This document shows positions 57,138 to 64,000 of a DNA stretch of 64,000 nt, piece by piece. Position 1 is the stretch's first letter, and every line of letters starts with the position of its first letter. This DNA comes from an uncultured delta proteobacterium (GTDB lineage Bacteria; Myxococcota; Myxococcia; Myxococcales; Myxococcaceae): NCBI GenBank assembly GCA_963771175.1, contig CAVYSY010000021.1:192001-256000 (forward strand), read 5' to 3'. Made by a program: the position numbers and the translations under genes. The notes below the pieces were generated by a model. That model was not told the origin of the DNA. It saw only the letters and a list, made by a program, of their open reading frames with translations, and searched no databases.

Positions 57138-59220
57138 GTTCGACGACTCCTCCGGGGGTCAGGCGGCCCACCGTTGCTTCACTGACGTACTCCAGGAACT
57201 CGGGCAGCATCCGAGCGGACAGCAGCCAGAGACAGGGCTTCGCGCCGGGCTCGTCGTGCAGGCGGGCCGCGGCGGCATAGCTGTCGTCCTCGTCCTCGCG
57301 CACGAAGACGAAGGCGGTGCGGCCCCGCTGGGCGTACCAGCGGCGGGCCGCGTCCAGCAGCGCGACGTAGGTCTCCCGTCCCCCGGGGGCGAGCGGGAAG
57401 AGGCGCGCCGCGTCCAGCAGGCGGAAGAGGTTCACCCCCGGAGGCCCCAGCTCGAGGACGATGGCGGCCTGGGGCACGCCCTCGCGGCGAGCCACCAGGA
57501 TGTGGCGCTCGCGCTCCAGCCCGGCCGCGCGCCACGTCTCCGTCACCTCGCGCAGCTCCAACCGGTCGCGCGCGAAGTCGAGTGCGTCCACGTAGCTCGT
57601 CGGACGGGTGAGGAAGAGCTGCTCCGCCAGGAGCGCCTTCTCATCGAGGCGGATCGGGCCGATGTCGAGCCCGTCCGCGGGCAGGCCGCTCTCCTCGTCG
57701 CAGCGCACGTCCATCAGGCGCACGGGCATGACCAGGGCCTCGCCGCCGTCGGCATGGGCACGCGCGTAGCCGAGGTGGACCCGCTCCAAGAGGGGCACGG
57801 TCGACTCGGCGTAGGCGACGAGCCACCGGAAGTCGGGGTCCGCCTGCGCGTGCTCCAGCGTGCGCACGTGGATGTCGCGCAGGATTTGCCCGGGCACATG
57901 CGGGGCCTCGGGCCTGCCGGGGCGCTTGGCGAGCTGGTGCACCAGCCAGCCATGGCGGTAGGGCCGCACCGAGGAGAGCGTGGCCTCCACGCCTCGCTCC
58001 GACGGCCACACCGTCTGGCAGAAGAGCCGGGACAGGCGCGCGGCGCGATGGCCCAGGTCCATGAAGCTGGTGCGCAGCTCCTCGAAGTGCTCCGTCGTCT
58101 TGCCGGCCAGGTTGAAGTAGCCCGAGTCGACGAGCAGCTCCCACAGCGGCTCGAGCAGTTGCTCGCCGCCGCGCGTGGTGGGGCTGAGCGCCTGGGAGAC
58201 GAGCGCCACCCAGCGGGCCTCGTCCATCGGCGTGCAGGGGCTGAGCTGGAGGCCGTACGCGCGCTGCCCGTCCTTGCCCGAGACGTAGCGGACCTCTCCC
58301 CGCAGGAGGATGGGCTCGCCGTCCCGCTCGTCCCGCACCTCGATGGGCTGGAGCAGGAGGCCCGGGAAGAGGAGATCCTCGGGAGTGCCGCGCAGGCGCA
58401 TGCCGGAGAAGGAGAGGTCCAGGACCTCGCGCTCCCGTGTGCCCAGCTCGCTCCACAGCGGGTGATGGAAGCGGGCGCGGAGGCCCGCGGGCGCTGTCAC
58501 GCGGCGGTGCCAGCGGTGGCGCACCTGCCACAGCCGCCGGGGGATGGGCGTCACCATCCGTTCGCCCCGCTGCTCGAGCGCCGACACGCGCATGCGGTAG
58601 GCCGAGTTGTAGCCCACCACCTCGATGTCATAGGGCCCCGTGCCCCACTCCACTCCCGGCTCCTCACGGCGCCAGTGGAGCAGCGAGCGCTCGACGTCGA
58701 AGTACTCGAGGGACACGCGCAGCGACCGGCCGAGCTGCCGCAGCGTGCCCTTGTGCTGCATCACGCACACGGACTTGAGAATGGAGCGGATGCGCTCGGG
58801 CTCGACGAGGGACTCCTCGACGGGCAGGGGCGAGACTGCGGGCTGGGCGCAGCCGTGGTGGGCCGCTGTGTCCAGCAGGGCGAGGATGCGCTGGCCCTGC
58901 TCCCGCGTCACTTCCACGAGCTGGATGCCCACGGGCGCGTCCAACCGCCGCGGGTCGCTCCAGAGCATCTCTCCACGCAGCGGGCCGATGGTGGAGCCAT
59001 GGCCCTCCAGGATGAGCTGGAGGGGCCGCTCGCGCGGCGGGAGCTCGGTGCCCGGCTCCGGGAGCGCCCACACCGCGGTGGGGCTCAATCGCGTCACCCG
59101 GCTGCTGCTGATGCCGGGCTGGGACAGGATGAGGTTGATGCTGTCCTCGGGAGACCGGGTGTGCAGCGAGTATCCCGAGTAGCTTCCGACGGCGAGGCTC
59201 GTTCCGGCCGATGTCTCCAT
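57112..59220 (-). CDS. PilZ-domain protein with a C-terminal GNAT-like region
   Basis: RWHRR (RxxxR) and DLSFSG (DxSxxG) motifs, LRGEVRYV...YGLQL; alpha/beta C-terminal half; start 59220 or 59232. Confidence 0.78.
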   Translation of the reverse strand: METSAGTSLAVGSYSGYSLHTRSPEDSINLILSQPGISSSRVTRLSPTAVWALPEPGTELPPRERPLQLILEGHGSTIGPLRGEMLWSDPRRLDAPVGIQLVEVTREQGQRILALLDTAAHHGCAQPAVSPLPVEESLVEPERIRSILKSVCVMQHKGTLRQLGRSLRVSLEYFDVERSLLHWRREEPGVEWGTGPYDIEVVGYNSAYRMRVSALEQRGERMVTPIPRRLWQVRHRWHRRVTAPAGLRARFHHPLWSELGTREREVLDLSFSGMRLRGTPEDLLFPGLLLQPIEVRDERDGEPILLRGEVRYVSGKDGQRAYGLQLSPCTPMDEARWVALVSQALSPTTRGGEQLLEPLWELLVDSGYFNLAGKTTEHFEELRTSFMDLGHRAARLSRLFCQTVWPSERGVEATLSSVRPYRHGWLVHQLAKRPGRPEAPHVPGQILRDIHVRTLEHAQADPDFRWLVAYAESTVPLLERVHLGYARAHADGGEALVMPVRLMDVRCDEESGLPADGLDIGPIRLDEKALLAEQLFLTRPTSYVDALDFARDRLELREVTETWRAAGLERERHILVARREGVPQAAIVLELGPPGVNLFRLLDAARLFPLAPGGRETYVALLDAARRWYAQRGRTAFVFVREDEDDSYAAAARLHDEPGAKPCLWLLSARMLPEFLEYVSEATVGRLTPGGVVEHEPGQRAV

Positions 59221-59434
59221 GTCTCCACGCATGATTCTCCCCCTGTGGCGACAGCGGCATGCTGACGGTGTCGGCGTGGGCGGAATGCTTCCACGACGAG
59301 GGTAATCACTTTCACGAAATGAGAACGCCCGCGCCCCCTTTTCGTCAAGGCTTGAGCAGTCATTCTTTGTCAGTGTTTCTCGCCACCCGGCGTGGCTGGA
59401 AAAGTCCATCCCCTCCGGTGTGAATCCCCGTGAG

Positions 59435-59451
59435 CCCTGTAAATCACAGGG
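59435..59451. promoter_or_regulatory. Palindromic candidate operator
   Basis: CCCTGT-AAATC-ACAGGG in a lower-GC intergenic region. Confidence 0.4.
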
Positions 59452-59760
59452 AGATCCGCTCCCGCGTAGAGATGGGCAATCAATGACTTGCATGGCGCTG
59501 GCGAGGCGATGTCAGGCTTTTGCCGGACTGGCCGAGCTGCAGTGCCGATGTATCTGTTGCCCCTGGCTGTGCGGCTCCCGGCCTCGGCGTTGGTTGGGAC
59601 ACGGAATTTCGGTGTCGCACCGGAGCGCGTCCGGGGGTGGGGTGTTGGCGCGTGTGCAGGAGCCGGGCACGGGGCCGCCTCTGGATGTGAGCCGGAGGAC
59701 GGTCAACCCCATGGACGCGCACTGCGGGAACGGCGAGGCTGCCGCCCGGGAGGGTTCACC

Positions 59761-60096
59761 ATGGCCAGGCTCACCACCGAGGACGCGTTCAACATCGAAG
59801 TGCTCAAACTGATGCTCCAACTCGCCTGGAGCGATGGTCAGCTCGACCTGCATGAGGTGGGGATCATCCTCGGCTCGGCGCGGAGCTGGGGTGTGCCGGA
59901 GTCGGAGGTCGCCGCCCTCAAGAAGACCCTGGACACCCAGGGGCCGCCGCCCGCTCCGGACCTGGCGCTGCTGCGCGGCCGCTCGGACGAGGTCTTCGAG
60001 GCGGCCCGCGCCCTCATCGCGAGCGACGGCAAGCTCCAGTCCGCCGAGAAGGAGATGCTCGAGGAGCTGCGCATCATCCTCGACGCCGAGCGCTGA
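59761..60096 (+). CDS. TerB-like small protein
   Basis: LAWSDGQLDLHE and LIASDGKLQSAEKEML duplicated motif; GGAGGG RBS. Confidence 0.8.
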   Translation: MARLTTEDAFNIEVLKLMLQLAWSDGQLDLHEVGIILGSARSWGVPESEVAALKKTLDTQGPPPAPDLALLRGRSDEVFEAARALIASDGKLQSAEKEMLEELRIILDAER

Positions 60097-60120
60097 GCCG
60101 CGGGCCACCGGCGGGGTGAG

Positions 60121-63100
60121 TCAGTCCCCCGCCTTCGTCACCGGCGGGGGCACCGTCACCACCACCTCGCGCCGCAGCAGCAGCTTCGCGTCCTTGTTCG
60201 GCAGGATGCGCACCTGGAAGCGCCGACGGTATTCGTCCCCCTTGTCGAAGACGTTCCGGTCCGTCACCAGCAGCAGCGCCGTGGGCACCACGTACCGCGC
60301 CGAGTTGTTGCCGAAGTAGTGCACCACCACGAAGTACGTGCCCGGCATCGCCTTGCGCGCGTGGTACAGCTCCGGACCCAGGCCATCCGTGATGTCCCAG
60401 TAGAGCTGTCCGCCCAGCGACGTCTGCATGTGCTGGTAGAAGCACTTCTCGCCGTTGGGCTCCACCACCCACAGGTCGATGTCCGTCCCGTCCGAGTTCC
60501 AGTGCGTGGTGAGCTGATAGTCGATGGGCCCCATCTCCGCGAGCTGTGCCAGCTCGCGCCGCCGTGCCTCCAGCACCGCCGTCTCGCCCACCAGTCGCGG
60601 GTGCTTCGCCAGCGCCGCCAGCATCCGACCGTAGTGGTACGCCGCGACCTTCTTCGTCTGGAAGTCATGCCGGTTCCAGTCGCGTGCCAGGACGATCTCC
60701 CAGTCGCGCGCCGCCTCCGCCGGGCGTCCCGCCGCGTCGAGCGCCAGCGCCTCCTCCAGGTAGGCCTGGGGCTCGAAGGGACGGTTGAGGCGCACGTGCT
60801 CGAAGAGCTCGGTGGCCGCCGGGAACTGGCCGAGCGCCAGCAGCCCGTAGCCCACCAGCCGCAGGGCCTCGGCGTCCTTCGGGCGCAGCTCCACGGGTGA
60901 GGACAGGGCCCGCACCGCGCCCCAGGTGTCTCCCGAGAAGGCCCGCTTGCGCGCCACCGCCTCGTAGATCATCACGTCGTCCTTGTTGGTCCGCCGCGCC
61001 TGCCGGTACGCCAGCTCCGCCTGCACCCGCTCGTCGCCGCCCGTGTAGGGCTCGTCTCGCAGCGGCTGAGCCTTCATCCGCGAGCCCAGCTCCGCCTGCT
61101 TCGGCTTCAGCGCCCGGAGCACCTCCTGGCCCGAGGTGGGCACTCCCTCCAGCGAGAGCCCCAGCAGCTCATCGCGGCGCTGGTCCGCCTGCTGCCGCTG
61201 CAGGGCATCCAGGTCGGTGAGGTCCATCTGCTCGTCGCGCACCGCGTAGCGCGTGTAGTCCCCCTCCGACTCCAGCACCAACATGGAGGCCCGCGCATTG
61301 GTCAGCCGGTAGTGCTGGCTGAGCGCCACCACCATCCGGTCCAGCTTCACGTCCTCCAGCGCCACCAGCCGGGACACGAACAGCTCCGCCCACGCGCGCG
61401 GGGCAAAGGCGCTGTCCTCGTCGCGGGGCAACGGCACCGCCAGCGTGCGCTCCTGCCCCGAGGCCTGGGTCACCACCTCCAGCTCCGCCGCGCCGTCCCC
61501 CACGAGTCGCCCGGCCACCTGCAGCTCCTGCCCGGGGAAGACGAGCCGGGGCCGGCCCGCCACCACCAGGTCCTTCACCTTCGCGCCCTTCACGCCCACC
61601 CGGGCCAGCACCACCGAGGCGGCCCGGTGCGCGCGCGCCGCCGAAGGCACCTCCGCGCCGGACAGCACGTTCACCACCCGGCCGCCGCTCGCCCGAGCCA
61701 GCGCGTCGAAGAGGTCCACGTTCACCGCCGCCTCGCCGAAGCGGTAGCTCACCCAGCGCAGCGTCTCCGCTGAGGCATGGCGCGAGATGAGCGCGTCCAC
61801 GTTGCTCTGCCCCCAGGTGACGTTGCCGTCCGAGAGGAGGAAGGCCGTCACGGGTCCGCCCTTCTCCGCCGGCTTCAGCCAGTCGCGGCTGGCCCTGTCC
61901 AGCTCGGCCAGCAGGCCGTCCACGTTGGAGGCGCCTTCGAGGAAGACGCGTTCCAGCTCGGCGAACGTCTCCTGGCGAGCCTCGGGCGTGTTTCGCCGGA
62001 AGCCCGGGCCGTGGAGCCAGCGCGGGCGCACGTCGAAGAGAAGCACCGCGTACTCGGAGAGGCTCTCGTCCTTCTCCAGCAGCGCGCGCAGCAGGGCCGC
62101 CTGCAGGGACCAAGCGTTGCCGTCCTCCGCCGACAGCGAGGTGTCCACCACCAGCACCGCGCGTCCGGTGGGCGTGCCCTCGGTGCCCGCGGTGAGTCGC
62201 TCCGGCAGTCGCACTCGGGTGTAGAAGGCGTGGCCGGGCAGTCCCGCCGGGTCCGCGCCCACCAGCACGTCCGCATCGGCGCGGCGCGGGGTGAGGGCCA
62301 CCTCCAGCGCTCCGTCTCCCTGGAGCTTCTGCCAGTCCCAAGCCTGCCAGGCGCCGAGCGTGCTCGGCTTGCCCACCTCCGGGCCCACCGTCACCTCACC
62401 CGCGTGCCTCGGGTCCACGTGGACGCGCGCCGCCACCTTCAGCTCCTTGCCGGCCCCCGGTGGCAGCGGCCACGTGTAGCGCAGGCGCTGGCCATCGAAG
62501 AGGAGCGTCTGCTCGTAGGCGATGACCACGCGCTTGAGGGACTTCGGCGGCAGCGGGAAGACGCGCGCGCTGAAGGTGGACGCACCGGCCCACTCCAGGA
62601 GTGCTGGATCCACGTTGTGGCGCACCACGTCCTCGTACACCTCGCGGGCGCGCTTCTGCTCGACGACACGGGCCTCCTGGGGCACGCCCCACGAGCGCTT
62701 CGCTCCTGGCGGGCTCGGCGGGGCCGCCGCCACCAGCTCCTCCGACTTCCCCGAGTCCCCCAGCGGCGGCAGCAGCTCCGACGACTGGAAGAGCGAGGGC
62801 GAGTCCACCGCCACCGCGCCCGAGTACAGCGCGAAGCCCGCCACCGTCGCGCCGCCCGGCAGCGGGTAATAGAAGGTTCCCTCCAGCGAGCGAGAGGTGT
62901 CGTTCTCGAAGAGGTAGTCCACCACCGTGCGCGCGCGGGCGCCCTGGATGTACGTCACCACCCGCACCGCGCGGGCCTTCAGGGGCTGGTAGCGGCCCTC
63001 TTCGTCCCGCACCAGCACCTTGGCCATGCGAGGCGCGGCCTCCACCTTCGGCAGCACCGGCCGGGGCGCGGCGTCGGGCTTCGCCGGGGAGTTCTCCTCG

Positions 63101-63775
63101 GGTTTGGGCTCGGCGGCGGCCTCCTCTTTCGCGGGGGCCGCGCTCATGCGTGGACGGGCACCACCGGAGGCGCGCTCCGACGCGTCGCTCCTGATGATCT
63201 GGATGATCTCCCGCCGCTTCTGCTCCAGCATCCGCCGGGCGCTCCTCTGGTTCCGGTGCGGGGGCTCCCGTCCTGCGAGGAGGTCGATGAGGTGCTTCGA
63301 CTTGCGGGTACGGAGAAGGAACCCCAGGAGGAGGCGGCGGTGGGGGTGGACGGATGCCCCCTGATGCCGGGGCGCCTGCCTCCGCCATCCGGTCCTCCAT
63401 CTCCTCCGAGCCCAGCGACTCGTCGGCGTGCTCTCCGAATGTCCCGAGGTCGCGAGGGGCGGGGCGCTGCGCACCGGGCTGCGAGGTGGGGCGCCGCGGG
63501 TCCTGCTCCTGGACGAGCCGGGCGAGCTCGGGCTCGGAGATGGCCTGCGGGTCGGCCACCGCGTCGCGCAGCTCCGCGAGGTCCACCACGCCCGTGTCCA
63601 CTGCACCCGGCGCCGTGGTGGGCACGGTGAGGCCGGCGCGGGCGAAGAGGGCGGGGTCCCCCTTGGGCCCCTCGGGCACCTGGGCCTTTTGATCTTCCGG
63701 GGAGCTGCGCTTGCAACCTGGCAGGGCCAGGGTCACGAGGAGGAGTCCGGTAAGGAGGACACGCGGGAGGGACAT
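60121..63775 (-). CDS. Large lipoprotein with VIT, vWA-like, TPR and DUF2135/YfaP-like domains; frameshift about 63200-63360
   Basis: LPGC lipobox in ORF 62396..63775; [13 protein letters not shown] and VDPALLEW (VIT), [29 protein letters not shown]...DITDGLGPE in ORF 60121..63606. Confidence 0.82.
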
Positions 63776-63808
63776 GGACCCGGAGGTTAGTCCCTCGCCA
63801 GATTCGGG

Positions 63809-64000
63809 TCACCCCGAGTGCTGGGCGCGCCGGGAGAAGCGGAGGACGGCGCGGAAGATGGCCTCCACGGCGTCCGGATCCAGCCCCAGCTCGGAGGCCC
63901 AGGCGCGACGCGTGGCGATCACCGCTTCCTCCCGGGCCGGGTCGGGCACCGGCTGGCCCACCTGCGCCTTGGCTCGGAGCGCCCGCCGGGCCAGCTCGGC
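63809..64000 (-). CDS. 3' end of an AroQ chorismate mutase domain gene, partial at the right edge
   Basis: AELARRALRAKAQVGQPVPDPAREEAVIATRRAWASELGLDPDAVEAIFRAVLRFSRRAQHSG*. Confidence 0.8.
   Translation of the reverse strand, partial: AELARRALRAKAQVGQPVPDPAREEAVIATRRAWASELGLDPDAVEAIFRAVLRFSRRAQHSG

Noticed and set aside
59221..59560. c-di-GMP riboswitch upstream of the PilZ gene
   Set aside because: No class I or class II consensus recognised by eye; an Infernal scan would be needed

Overview
High-GC bacterial DNA whose gene content looks myxobacterial (inferred; probably Archangiaceae-like). About 50 genes. Ordinary content: YkvA, SPFH/NfeD, TreT, an amidohydrolase, NhaR, tRNA-Phe, an FAD monooxygenase, an M16 peptidase pair, an M4 protease, an acyl-CoA dehydrogenase, OsmC, a TonB-dependent receptor, a kinase/response-regulator cassette and the 3' end of a chorismate mutase domain. 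Accessory or unusual blocks: (i) next to tRNA-Phe, a SauUSI-like PLD-nuclease/SF2-helicase gene with extra HIT and S24-peptidase domains; (ii) a mosaic at 31.4-35.1 kb with a truncated REP-associated tyrosine transposase, an exact 29-bp direct repeat, an IS21-like end and gene scraps; (iii) a glycan-modification operon (HD protein, CgeB-like GT, nucleotidyltransferase, methyltransferase, glycoside hydrolase, PIG-L, GNAT, FRG); (iv) a two-gene unit pairing a PilZ-plus-GNAT-like protein with a heme-oxygenase-like diiron enzyme, my best candidate for an undescribed system; (v) two VIT/vWA proteins. Many genes carry single-base frameshifts that look like consensus errors, so intactness cannot be judged from this sequence alone. 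All family assignments come from motif recognition by eye; no searches were run.
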